Source of the DNA: a virus
Taxonomy: Duplodnaviria > Heunggongvirae > Uroviricota > Caudoviricetes
Reading direction: 5' to 3' (one strand)
IMG/VR virus record: IMGVR_UViG_2778261396_000003
Length of the DNA stretch: 36,024 nucleotides
This document shows positions 9,410 through 18,471 of this stretch, in pieces. Both the position numbers and the translations under genes were made by a program. The notes below the pieces were generated by a model. It was not told the DNA's origin, ran no database searches, and was given only the letters and a program-made list of their open reading frames with translations. The first letter of the stretch is position 1. Each line of letters starts with the position of its first letter.

Positions 9410-9612
9410 GAAACGTTGCTGGCGTCTGAACTTGCTTCTGGCGTCAGCAAGGTTGAACAACGAGCTGTGCGAGGCGTTAGCTCTGTGGTGCATGTCTATG
9501 CCGCATGAGATCGCATGATCGTTTGAGGATCGTTTTTGCTAAGGCCTGCCAGAACTGGCGGGCTTTTGCGTAGATCATGCAGGTGCATGAAAACCACTAC
9601 ATAAAGCGGGCA

Positions 9613-9631
9613 GGCGTGGCGGGGATACGAG
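9613..9631. other. Candidate cos (cohesive-end) site GGCGTGGCGGGGATACGAG
   Basis: First 13 nt match the 186 cohesive end as I recall it (GGCGTGGCGGGGAAAGCAT); located between the replication region and Q, where P2/186 cos lies. Confidence 0.4.
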
Positions 9632-9749
9632 CGCGCGCTGTGCTGTGTGGTATAGGCCTTAATTTAGTATGATTCAATAGTGTCGGGAGCTTTGCGCTGA
9701 TCAGTCCTAAGTTATATGATAAGAAAAATGCATAAAAAAGGTTCGGTTC

Positions 9750-10724
9750 ATGGGGTTAGGATTAAAAGACGCTATTGTGCATACCGCTGCGTTTCATCAA
9801 AAGGAAACTAATGAATTGCAATTGCCAAACAATCATTGGCATCCTGGTTTTATCACTGTCTTAGCAGCTTACGTGAATCATCACAAAATTACCGAAGATA
9901 ACTGTGTTTTGTCATGCCCTGGCTATATGCGAGCTATCAATTTACATGGTGCTTTATGGGGAGAGGATCAGTATCAACAGGAACGTGTAAATGTTGGAAG
10001 AAATTACAGTTTGGTTACAGCATTAACCAATGTTGAAGCTGTTGACGTTGCCACTGGTAGTATTAACAGTTGTGTAAGGCAGTTAACATTCCCTGATCGT
10101 GATCCGAGAGATTGTCCCAAGGGACTTACAGATCTAACCCATGTTATAGGTGAGCTTCACGATAACGTTTGGTCGCATGGAAAATCAACGGGTTTTTCTT
10201 TTGCACAACGTTCGGCTGTACCCCACACTCAAAAAAAAGAGCACTATTTAGAATTTTCTTTGGCGGACTGTGGGTTAGGATTTCTCCGAGAATTGCGGCG
10301 AGCTGGTATACCCGGAATTGAGACTCACCAGGATGCGATCGCATGGTGTATTCAAGAGGGACATTCATCTAAGCATGCTGATTTGCAGGATGATTGGGCA
10401 CAGCAGCTTCCCCAGGACTTTATTGGGGGTAGTGTGTTTGGCCACGGGGTTTCGGTCAAAGAAAAAGATAATAATCATCAAGGGCTTGGGTTGTATCACT
10501 TGATGAAATTGATAAAAACATATAACGGGGAATTGCAACTGGCTTCAGGAAATGTATGCTTAGAAGCAATAGGTGATGAAGTGAGCTATACTGAATTACG
10601 TACTGAATGGCCGGGTGTAGCAATTTCTTGCCGTTTTAAGATTCATGAACTGGCAGTCGATAAAGATAGCGAAGAAAATGACCCTCAGCTTATGGAAATA
10701 ATGCGGGCGTTAGGAGGAGAGTAA
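9750..10724 (+). CDS. GHKL/Bergerat-fold ATPase (histidine-kinase-like ATP-binding domain) with ~130-aa unique N-terminal region, 324 aa
   Basis: N-box-like ELHDNVWSH, G1-like DCGLG, G2-like GLGLYHL, read from the translation; sampled GC ~37%; stop overlaps next start (TAATG). Confidence 0.75.
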   Translation: MGLGLKDAIVHTAAFHQKETNELQLPNNHWHPGFITVLAAYVNHHKITEDNCVLSCPGYMRAINLHGALWGEDQYQQERVNVGRNYSLVTALTNVEAVDVATGSINSCVRQLTFPDRDPRDCPKGLTDLTHVIGELHDNVWSHGKSTGFSFAQRSAVPHTQKKEHYLEFSLADCGLGFLRELRRAGIPGIETHQDAIAWCIQEGHSSKHADLQDDWAQQLPQDFIGGSVFGHGVSVKEKDNNHQGLGLYHLMKLIKTYNGELQLASGNVCLEAIGDEVSYTELRTEWPGVAISCRFKIHELAVDKDSEENDPQLMEIMRALGGE

Positions 10725-11062
10725 TGAACAAAATCGCATACAAGTTACCCGAGGGTGACCTGGCTTCGCGCAATCAGGCTATCCCCCAACGACACAAGAT
10801 TGAAGGGTTCATTAAAGAAGGGTATACCGTAGATTTAGATCTGAGCGGTGTTTATTCAATTTCAGAATCATACTCTGATGAAATCTTTGGTGTTTTGGTA
10901 GTGAAATTCGGTGTAACCAAAGTTTTGAGTCAAGTTAAGGTTCGCAATGCACCCCCTTCAATTTTAAAAAGTATTGCAAAAGTGATCCAACGCCGTAGTA
11001 ATGAAGTAGCATCAAAAAAGGTTCATTCCGTTGGATTTGATGGTTTATACGCCGTTTGTTAA
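10724..11062 (+). CDS. Small protein (112 aa), tentatively STAS-like (DUF4325-type)
   Basis: Translationally coupled to the upstream ATPase; size and predicted alternation of hydrophobic strands consistent with a STAS-type fold, but the domain call is from memory only. Confidence 0.65.
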   Translation: MNKIAYKLPEGDLASRNQAIPQRHKIEGFIKEGYTVDLDLSGVYSISESYSDEIFGVLVVKFGVTKVLSQVKVRNAPPSILKSIAKVIQRRSNEVASKKVHSVGFDGLYAVC

Positions 11063-11079
11063 TATATGGTTAGTTAGAT

Positions 11080-11110
11080 AAAAGGCGCTGAGATTAGCGC
11101 CTTTTCTTTT
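11080..11110. terminator. Bidirectional rho-independent terminator hairpin AAAAGGCGCT-GAGATT-AGCGCCTTTT between the accessory pair and convergent Q
   Basis: GC stem flanked by A-run on one side and T-run on the other. Confidence 0.6.
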
Positions 11111-12149
11111 ATTCCTGAACACCTAAAACATAGTCATCAAAACGTATTACTTCTGCACCCACCCATTCGTTTAGTTCATGTAGTCGCTTCTGTAGTGGCA
11201 TCAATTCATTGCGAACAAATACAAGACTAGCCTTCTCCACATCCCCAAAACCCCCAACATTATTTGGCATAATCCCCATCATCTGTGGCGGAACGCGATG
11301 TGCTGCCATCATGTCATCGCGGCTGACATTTTTGATATTCAGAAACTCATCCTTCGCCGCAACTTCTGACAAAGGGATGATCTGAAGGCCGTCCTTTTTG
11401 CCGTTAGGCGAGTACATAAACAGGTTGCGGAAGTTGCCTGGACCTTTGGCGCTTTTCATCGCGTTGCGGAGATTGTTCACATCCTCCTGATTCTGCGCGG
11501 CGTCGGTCATGTACATGATGAAGCCTGCATGGCTGCCGTTGATGTAATACTTACGGCGGAACAGCGTGGCGGACTCATTGAGCAGGGCTGACGGAATGGC
11601 AGAAAGATAGCCGGGCAGGCCGTAGATCTCCTGGTTAATGTCCGGTTCCATCAGATGAAAGATGCTGCCTTTCGTGAACTGATACGGCTGTGTTGTCATA
11701 CCGTATTGCACAAACCAGTAGGTATCCAGGTCTAACCCGCGTCGTGTGTATTTCGCCAAGGCAGGTTCAAGGGCGATAACTTCACCGAAGCGGTTCGTGC
11801 GTTTCTCCAGGTAGGCGTTACCAAATACCAGATAGTCTTGCACAAAACGCGAAAAAGCCTGCTGGCTGAGCAGCGGATGAGGGATATAGGTACTGGTCAG
11901 AATGTTGCACTTTACTGCAATCGGGGAACTGTGATGCACGGCGGCGCGGAAGGTGCGCGCCAGTCCGTCAAAGCTGACGGGCGGCTCATACCAACGGTCC
12001 ATCTGTATGCATTCCACATAGTCCAGTAATTCTCGGCGGTCCAGAACAGGAACGGGATCGCCGAAGCTGAATGCTTCGGCTGAAGTCTGGCTTTTATACT
12101 GGATGTGATTCATCGCCGCAGCGCGGTTTTTCTTACTCTTTCCCATCAA
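11109..12149 (-). CDS. Q: Portal protein (P2 gpQ-like), 346 aa
   Basis: Size, position and orientation upstream of terminase large subunit as in P2. Confidence 0.85.
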   Translation of the reverse strand: MMGKSKKNRAAAMNHIQYKSQTSAEAFSFGDPVPVLDRRELLDYVECIQMDRWYEPPVSFDGLARTFRAAVHHSSPIAVKCNILTSTYIPHPLLSQQAFSRFVQDYLVFGNAYLEKRTNRFGEVIALEPALAKYTRRGLDLDTYWFVQYGMTTQPYQFTKGSIFHLMEPDINQEIYGLPGYLSAIPSALLNESATLFRRKYYINGSHAGFIMYMTDAAQNQEDVNNLRNAMKSAKGPGNFRNLFMYSPNGKKDGLQIIPLSEVAAKDEFLNIKNVSRDDMMAAHRVPPQMMGIMPNNVGGFGDVEKASLVFVRNELMPLQKRLHELNEWVGAEVIRFDDYVLGVQE

Positions 12150-13912
12150 AAAATCTCCACAATATTGCTTGTATTGGCGGACTCGCCCTGCAGCGGTTCA
12201 TTAAACAGTGCGTGCATCGTTGCCCAGGCCAGATCGGCGTGGCTGGCTTCTTCGCTGCGGCTGGCTTCATAGGTCGGGCGGTTGCCACTGGCGGTGGTGG
12301 CGCGACGGATTGCCATGAATGACTGCGCAATGTCGGTGTGCCCGGCGTCAAACTCCAGACGGCGGTGGCTGATAATGTCGTATGCCTTGAGTACCAGGGC
12401 GTTTTTAACGTTGGGGTTGTAGACAAACTCCCGGACGGCAGGAAAAAACGCTTTCACGTTCTCGTAAACCCCGTGACCAACGCCGGTTGAGTCGATGCCG
12501 ATATAGGTCACGTTGTACTGTTCGGTCAGTTTTTTGATGGCGTCAGCCTGGGCGCGAAAGTCCATCCCGCGCCACTGGTGACGCTCAAGAATGCGGAACT
12601 TGCCGCCCGGCACGGCTGGCGGTGCCACCACCACGCATCCGGCACTGTCGCCGTTCTGCGTACCTTTCGCCGGGTCATAACCGATCCACACTTCGCGCCA
12701 GCCAAATGGGCGCAGCGCCAGTGCATGAAAGTCGGTCCAGACTTCCCAACTGTCCACCATGCACGCCTGCAGCTCGCTGAGCGGAAACACGGACGCGAGA
12801 TCGTCCACAAACTCGCACATCAGCAGGTTCTGGTATTCGTCCGGGCTGTACTCCATGCGTAGCTGGTCGAGGTCGAACAGGTTACAGCCGCCGCGCACCG
12901 CATCTTCCACGGTGACTATCTGGCGGTATTGCCCGTCTGCGCACAGCAGGCCGGGGGCCAGATTGTTGTGGGACAGGTCGATGTCCACCTTATCGGCTTT
13001 GTTGCGCCCACGGTTAAACAGCGCACCGGACCAGAACGGATAAGCACTGTGTGTCAGGCTGGATGGCGTGGAAAAATAGGTTTGTCGCCATTTTTTGTGA
13101 ATAGCCATACCGGAAGCCACTTTGCGCAGCTCCTGGAATTTCGGTATCCAGAAATATTCATCCAGATACAGGTTGCCGTGATAACTCTGGGCCGTGCGGG
13201 CATTAGTGCCGAGGAAGTAAAGCGTGGCCCCGTTAGGAAGCACCATCGGATCGCCTTTCAGCTCCACCTCCACTTCTTTGGCGAAGTCGATGATGTACTG
13301 CTTAAAGACGTGAGCCTGTGCCTTACTGGCAGAAAGGAAAATCTGGTTACGTCCGGTAAGCAGGGCGTCAATCAGGGCTTCACGGGCAAAGTAAAAGGTC
13401 GCGCCGATCTGGCGTGACTTCAGCAGGTTGCGGATGCGGTTGGTTTTTCCGGCTTCCCACCAGTGGCGCTGGTAGTTGAACATGGAGGAATGGAAAATTT
13501 CTTCCAGCTTCTCAATCTGTTCATCGGTGAAGACATTTTTTTCCGGTTGACGGCGCGGGCCTTTGTTGCGGTTGGCGACGTTAGGGTTTAAGTCGGCTTC
13601 GTTGCCGCCATTGTTAAACTTGCCGATCCGCGCGTGGCGCTCCGACTGGCGCGCCAGCAGGTCAATCTCTTTGAAATCTTTCCCTTCTTTGTGCTCCTTC
13701 ATAATGAGCTGGCAGTAGCGGGCGGCGGTGGTGAGCTGCATCTGATCCAGCGGCCCATAGTCACCCCACTTGTCGCGTTTCTTCCAGCTGTGAACAGTTG
13801 CAACTTTCTCGCCCAGCATTTCAGCAATGCGGGCTACGCGGTATCCCTGAAAGTACAGCAGCATGGCCTGCCGACGGGGATCGAGATCTGCGGGTGTCAG
13901 TGTGGTGTTCAT
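12146..13912 (-). CDS. P: Terminase large subunit/ATPase (P2 gpP-like), 588 aa
   Basis: 588 aa, leftward, overlapping Q by 4 nt, divergent from O; P2 Q-P arrangement. Confidence 0.85.
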   Translation of the reverse strand: MNTTLTPADLDPRRQAMLLYFQGYRVARIAEMLGEKVATVHSWKKRDKWGDYGPLDQMQLTTAARYCQLIMKEHKEGKDFKEIDLLARQSERHARIGKFNNGGNEADLNPNVANRNKGPRRQPEKNVFTDEQIEKLEEIFHSSMFNYQRHWWEAGKTNRIRNLLKSRQIGATFYFAREALIDALLTGRNQIFLSASKAQAHVFKQYIIDFAKEVEVELKGDPMVLPNGATLYFLGTNARTAQSYHGNLYLDEYFWIPKFQELRKVASGMAIHKKWRQTYFSTPSSLTHSAYPFWSGALFNRGRNKADKVDIDLSHNNLAPGLLCADGQYRQIVTVEDAVRGGCNLFDLDQLRMEYSPDEYQNLLMCEFVDDLASVFPLSELQACMVDSWEVWTDFHALALRPFGWREVWIGYDPAKGTQNGDSAGCVVVAPPAVPGGKFRILERHQWRGMDFRAQADAIKKLTEQYNVTYIGIDSTGVGHGVYENVKAFFPAVREFVYNPNVKNALVLKAYDIISHRRLEFDAGHTDIAQSFMAIRRATTASGNRPTYEASRSEEASHADLAWATMHALFNEPLQGESANTSNIVEIF

Positions 13913-13957
13913 GACACAAACCTACAGCCTTGAATGAAGGCTTTCCCCGCCTGCGGT

Positions 13958-13975
13958 TTGTGTGGTTGTCGGTAC
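13958..13975. promoter_or_regulatory. Ogr-type late-promoter activator dyad TGT-N12-ACA in the divergent P/O intergenic region
   Basis: TGTGTGGTTGTCGGTACA, about 80-97 bp upstream of O start; P2 late promoters carry this dyad near -55. Confidence 0.5.
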
Positions 13976-14054
13976 AAATACCGCGCATTGTTTCACTGCC
14001 CCCATCACCGCAACCATAAGGCTCCAGTAAGTTTTTTCTAACGGAGCACGGCTC

Positions 14055-14888
14055 ATGACAGTGAAAGCAAAGCGTTTTCGCATCGGGGTGGAAGGTGCCA
14101 CTACCGACGGACGCGAAATCCAGCGTGAATGGCTGGAACAGATGGCAGCCAGCTACAACCCGGCGGTGTATACCGCGCTGATTAACCTTGAGCACATCAA
14201 GTCTTATCTGCCGGACAGCACCTTTAACCGCTACGGCAAGGTGACGGCGCTGTTTGCTGAAGAAATCACGGAAGGTCCGCTGGCGGGCAAGATGGCGCTG
14301 TATGCCGACGTTGAGCCAACGGAATCCCTGGTAGAGCTGGTGAAAAAAGGCCAGAAATTATTCACCTCTATGGAAGTCAGCCCGAAGTTTGCTGATACGG
14401 GCAAAGCCTACCTGGTCGGCCTGGCTGCCACTGATGATCCCGCCAGTCTGGGCACTGAAATGCTGACATTCAGCGCCAGTGCGGCCCATAACCCGCTGGC
14501 AAACCGCAAGCAGAATCCTGCCAATCTCTTTACCGCTGCAGAGGAAACGGTGATCGAACTGGAAGAAATCCAGGATGACAAACCGTCCCTGTTTGCCCGT
14601 GTCACGGCGCTGTTCGCCAAAAAAGAGCAGTCCGATGACGCCCGATTCTCTGATGTGCATAAGGCCGTGGAGCTGGTCGCCACTGAGCAGCAGAACCTGA
14701 GCGCACGCACCGAAAAATCCCTGTCTGAGCAGGAAGAACGCCTGTCTGAGCTGGAGACTGCTCTGCAGGAGCAGCAAACCGCCTTTAACGAACTGGTGAA
14801 TAAGCTGAGTCATGAAGACAGCCGCCAGGACTATCGCCAGCGTGCAACAGGCGGTAACGCCCCCGCTGACACTCTGACCAATTGCTGA
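14055..14888 (+). CDS. O: Capsid scaffolding protein (P2 gpO-like), 277 aa
   Basis: Position and size; acidic coiled-coil C-terminal region. Confidence 0.85.
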   Translation: MTVKAKRFRIGVEGATTDGREIQREWLEQMAASYNPAVYTALINLEHIKSYLPDSTFNRYGKVTALFAEEITEGPLAGKMALYADVEPTESLVELVKKGQKLFTSMEVSPKFADTGKAYLVGLAATDDPASLGTEMLTFSASAAHNPLANRKQNPANLFTAAEETVIELEEIQDDKPSLFARVTALFAKKEQSDDARFSDVHKAVELVATEQQNLSARTEKSLSEQEERLSELETALQEQQTAFNELVNKLSHEDSRQDYRQRATGGNAPADTLTNC

Positions 14889-14904
14889 TGGAGCACAAAA
14901 CCTG

Positions 14905-15963
14905 ATGAAGAAGAATACCCGCTTTGCTTTTAACGCTTACCTGCAGCAGCTGGCGCGTCTGAACGGTGTGGCAGTTGAAGAACTGTCCAGCAAGTTCACC
15001 GTGGAGCCGTCCGTGCAGCAGACGCTGGAAGACCAGATCCAGCAGTCCGCTGCTTTCCTGACGCTGATTAATGTCACCCCGGTGTCTGAACAGTCCGGTC
15101 AACTGCTGGGGCTGGGTGTTGGTAGTACCATTGCCGGAACCACTGATACCTCCGCGAAAGAGCGTGAACCCGTCGATCCGACGCTGATGGTCGATGTGGA
15201 ATACAAATGCGAGCAGACCAACTTTGACACGGTGCTGACCTACGCGAAGCTGGACCTGTGGGCGAAGTTTCAGGATTTCCAGGTGCGTATCCGTGACGCC
15301 ATCGTGAAACGTCAGGCACTGGACCGCATCATGATCGGCTTTAACGGCGTGAAGCGTGCGAAAACCTCCAACCGTAGTGAAAACCCGCTGCTGCAGGATG
15401 TGAACAAAGGCTGGCTGCAGAAAATCCGTGAGGATGCACCGGATCACGTCATGGGCAGCACCACCACGGGCGGTGAAACCACACCGGGCGCGGTGAAAGT
15501 CGGTAAAGGTGGCGAATATGCCAACCTGGACGCCGTGGTGATGGATGCGGTCAATGAGCTTATCGACGTGGTCTACCAGGACGATGACGATCTGGTGGTG
15601 ATTTGCGGTCGTGAACTGTTGTCTGACAAGTATTTCCCGCTGGTCAACAAAGAGCAGGAAAACAGTGAAAAACTGGCTGCCGATATGATCATCAGTCAGA
15701 AGCGCATGGGTGGCCTGCAGGCCGTGCGTGCGCCGTTCTTCCCACCGAATGCGCTGCTGATCACCCGTCTGGATAACCTGTCCATCTACTGGCAGGAAGA
15801 CACCCGCCGCCGTTCAGTTATCGACAACCCGAAACGTGACCGGATTGAAAACTTTGAATCCGTTAACGAAGCCTATGTGGTTGAGGACTACCGCTGCGCC
15901 GCACTGGTGGAAAACATCCAGATTGGCGACTTCAGCGCCGCCGCAGCAGAAACCGGAGCGTAA
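14905..15963 (+). CDS. N: Major capsid protein (P2 gpN-like), 352 aa
   Basis: Position and size between O and M. Confidence 0.9.
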   Translation: MKKNTRFAFNAYLQQLARLNGVAVEELSSKFTVEPSVQQTLEDQIQQSAAFLTLINVTPVSEQSGQLLGLGVGSTIAGTTDTSAKEREPVDPTLMVDVEYKCEQTNFDTVLTYAKLDLWAKFQDFQVRIRDAIVKRQALDRIMIGFNGVKRAKTSNRSENPLLQDVNKGWLQKIREDAPDHVMGSTTTGGETTPGAVKVGKGGEYANLDAVVMDAVNELIDVVYQDDDDLVVICGRELLSDKYFPLVNKEQENSEKLAADMIISQKRMGGLQAVRAPFFPPNALLITRLDNLSIYWQEDTRRRSVIDNPKRDRIENFESVNEAYVVEDYRCAALVENIQIGDFSAAAAETGA

Positions 15964-15966
15964 TCC

Positions 15967-16617
15967 ATGAGCCTGAGTCCCGCACGGCAGCATCGCCTGC
16001 GCGTTCAGGCTGAACAGGCCGCCCGTGAGGGTGGCAGTGTTCGCCACGCGTCGGGCTATGACCTGATGCTGCTGCAACTGGCGGAAGACCGCCGCCGTCT
16101 CAAGGGCGTTCAGTCCACGGTGAAAAAAGCGGAAATCAAGGTGGAGCTGCTGCCGAAATATGCCGCCTGGGCGGAGGGCGTCCTGGCTGCCGGAGGCGCT
16201 CAACAGGATGACGTGCTGATGTACGTGATGCTGTGGCGCATTGATGCCGGAGATTATGCCGGGGCGCTGGAGATCGGGCGTCATGCCCTGCGTCATGGCT
16301 GGGTGATGCCGCTGGGTAACCGCAACGTGCAGACCGTGCTGGCAGAGGAAATGGCAGACGCGGCGCAGAGCGCAATGCTTGCCGCCACCGGCTTTGATGC
16401 CGATCTGTTGCTGCAGACGCTGGAGCTGACAGACGGTCTGGATATGCCGGACCAGTCACGGGCGCGTCTGCATAAAGCGATTGGCGCTGTCCTGAGTGAA
16501 AGCAACCCGGCTTCCGCCCTTAATCATCTCAACCATGCGTTACAGCTCGATCCCCGCTGTGGCGTGAAAAAAGACAAACAGCAGCTGGAGCGCAGACTGC
16601 GCAATGACAGCCGCTGA
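15967..16617 (+). CDS. M: Terminase small (endonuclease) subunit (P2 gpM-like), 216 aa
   Basis: Position and size after N. Confidence 0.85.
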   Translation: MSLSPARQHRLRVQAEQAAREGGSVRHASGYDLMLLQLAEDRRRLKGVQSTVKKAEIKVELLPKYAAWAEGVLAAGGAQQDDVLMYVMLWRIDAGDYAGALEIGRHALRHGWVMPLGNRNVQTVLAEEMADAAQSAMLAATGFDADLLLQTLELTDGLDMPDQSRARLHKAIGAVLSESNPASALNHLNHALQLDPRCGVKKDKQQLERRLRNDSR

Positions 16618-16649
16618 CAGAACGTGCCCCCGCGCACGGGCGGCACGGG

Positions 16650-17177
16650 GTGGCGAAAGGCACTGCCACATCAAAACCCCGTCCACCGCCCTCTATTTCA
16701 GGAGAAAGCAGCATGAAGTTTGTTGCGCCAGAACAGGCACCGGAACAGGCGGAAATCATCAGGAATACGCCGTTCTGGCCTGATGTGGACCTGTCGGAGT
16801 TTCGCAGCGTGATGCGCACTGACGGCACGGTGACGCAGCCGCGTTTAAAGCAGGTTGCGCTGTCGGCAATTTCGGAGGTCAACGCAGAGCTGTATGAGTT
16901 TCGCAGACGCCAGCAGATGCTGGGGTATGCCTCGCTGGCAGAGGTTCCGGCGGAACAGCTGGACGGCAAAAGTGAGCGCATTCAGCACTATTTCAACGCG
17001 GTTTACTGCTGGGCACGCGCCATGCTCAACGAACGTTACCAGGACTATGACGCCACGGCGTCCGGTGTGAAGCGGGGCGAGGAACTGGCGGAAGCAAGCG
17101 GTGATTTGTGGCGTGACGCCCGCTGGGCCATCAGCCGGGTGCAGGATGCGCCGCACTGCACAGTGGAGCTTATCTGA
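16650..17177 (+). CDS. L: Head completion/stabilisation protein (P2 gpL-like), 175 aa
   Basis: Position and size. Confidence 0.85.
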   Translation: MAKGTATSKPRPPPSISGESSMKFVAPEQAPEQAEIIRNTPFWPDVDLSEFRSVMRTDGTVTQPRLKQVALSAISEVNAELYEFRRRQQMLGYASLAEVPAEQLDGKSERIQHYFNAVYCWARAMLNERYQDYDATASGVKRGEELAEASGDLWRDARWAISRVQDAPHCTVELI

Positions 17178-17380
17178 TGAAAGTGCGTGCGCATCAGTAT
17201 GACACGGTGGACGCGCTTTGCTGGCGTCATTACGGGCGCACGCAGGGTGTCACGGAGCAGGTACTGAAGGCAAATCCGGGGCTTGCCGAATACGGCCCCT
17301 TTTTACCTCACGGGCTGCAGGTGGAGCTGCCGGACATTCCGACCACCACCACCGTGCAGACCGTCCAGCTATGGGACTGA
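17177..17380 (+). CDS. X: Tail protein X (P2 gpX-like), 67 aa
   Basis: Small ORF overlapping L stop, before the lysis cassette, as in P2. Confidence 0.75.
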   Translation: MKVRAHQYDTVDALCWRHYGRTQGVTEQVLKANPGLAEYGPFLPHGLQVELPDIPTTTTVQTVQLWD

Positions 17381-17383
17381 ATT

Positions 17384-17599
17384 ATGACGCTTGAGCGAAT
17401 CAGCGCCTTTATCACGTATTGCATCGCCGTCGTGCTGGCCTGGCTGGGCGATTTGTCCATCAAGGATGCCTCAACGCTGGGCGGCCTGATGATTGGTGTG
17501 CTGATGCTGGCTATCAACTGGTACTACAAACACAAAGCCTACCAGCTTCTGCGCGACGGGCAGATCTCGCGGGAGGACTATGAATCCATCAATCGTTAA
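17384..17599 (+). CDS. Small two-TMD holin (pinholin-like), 71 aa
   Basis: Two hydrophobic helices (ISAFITYCIAVVLAWLG, LGGLMIGVLMLAINWYY) and charged C-terminus; directly upstream of endolysin. Confidence 0.6.
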   Translation: MTLERISAFITYCIAVVLAWLGDLSIKDASTLGGLMIGVLMLAINWYYKHKAYQLLRDGQISREDYESINR

Positions 17600-18092
17600 A
17601 CGCTGCCTTGTCGGGACCGTGCTGGCTATTGCTGCCACGCTGCCGGGTTTTCAGCAGCTTCACACCTCCGTGGAGGGGCTGAAACTGATTGCCGATTACG
17701 AAGGCTGTCGTCTGCAGCCGTATCAGTGCAGCGCGGGTGTCTGGACCGACGGCATTGGTAATACATCGGGCGTCATTCCCGGCAAAACCATTACGGAACG
17801 ACAGGCAGCGGAAGGGCTGATCTCCAACGTGCTGCGTGTGGAGCGGGCGCTGGAAAGGTGTGTGAAGCAACAGCCGCCGCAGAAGGTGTATGACGCGGTG
17901 GTGTCGTTTGCCTTCAACGTGGGAACGGGCAATGCCTGCAGTTCCACGCTGGTGAAATTACTCAACCAGCGGCGCTGGGCGGATGCGTGCCGACAGTTGC
18001 CGCGCTGGGTTTATGTGAAAGGTGTTTTTAATCAGGGGCTGGATAACCGCCGTGCGCGGGAGATGGCCTGGTGCTTACAGGGAGCAAACTGA
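17580..18092 (+). CDS. SAR endolysin, P1 Lyz-like lysozyme (170 aa)
   Basis: N-terminal weakly hydrophobic Gly/Ala-rich SAR-like segment LVGTVLAIAATLPG; catalytic region YEGCRLQPYQCSAGVWTDGIGNT resembles P1 Lyz; Cys at residues 9, 43 and 50. Confidence 0.8.
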   Translation: MNPSIVKRCLVGTVLAIAATLPGFQQLHTSVEGLKLIADYEGCRLQPYQCSAGVWTDGIGNTSGVIPGKTITERQAAEGLISNVLRVERALERCVKQQPPQKVYDAVVSFAFNVGTGNACSSTLVKLLNQRRWADACRQLPRWVYVKGVFNQGLDNRRAREMAWCLQGAN

Positions 18093-18093
18093 A

Positions 18094-18471
18094 ATGAAAA
18101 AGAAATTAATCAGCGGGCTGTTTCTGATGTTATGGATGGGGCTGTTGATCGCAACAATGATGTATCCACAGGGGATTTTTCCGGTACTGGCAGCATCTGG
18201 TGTCTGGGTAGCCTGTCTGCTGACATGGGCAGTAATTCCGGTAGCACTGGCTGCGTTAATTAAGAACGGCCCTCTCTGGCAGGAGTTGAGGGCATCTTTG
18301 CTGAAGAGCATTACCCGAAAAGAAAACGTATTTATCAGCTGGGTGATGCGATTGCTGATTGTCGTCAGTCTCGCCTGGACGGGGTGGGCCATTACCCTGG
18401 TCTTTTATCTGCTGACCGTTATTGCCTTCTGGATCACACGTAACCAGATGGCGCAACAGGTAGCCGCATGA
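18094..18471 (+). CDS. lysA: Membrane protein of the lysis cassette (LysA-like), 125 aa
   Basis: ATG 18094 preceded by GGAG; multiple TM helices; position as P2 lysA. Confidence 0.55.
   Translation: MKKKLISGLFLMLWMGLLIATMMYPQGIFPVLAASGVWVACLLTWAVIPVALAALIKNGPLWQELRASLLKSITRKENVFISWVMRLLIVVSLAWTGWAITLVFYLLTVIAFWITRNQMAQQVAA

Noticed and set aside
9415-9450. Possible terminator hairpin after the DinI-like gene (CTTGCT...AGCAAG flanking repeated CTGGCGTC)
   Set aside because: Only a 6-bp stem with mostly direct rather than inverted repeat structure and no T-run; too weak to call.
14358-15447. Minus-strand ORFs (151 aa, 100 aa, 220 aa) opposite the scaffold and major capsid genes
   Set aside because: Antisense to conserved structural genes with low-complexity translations; almost certainly non-coding.
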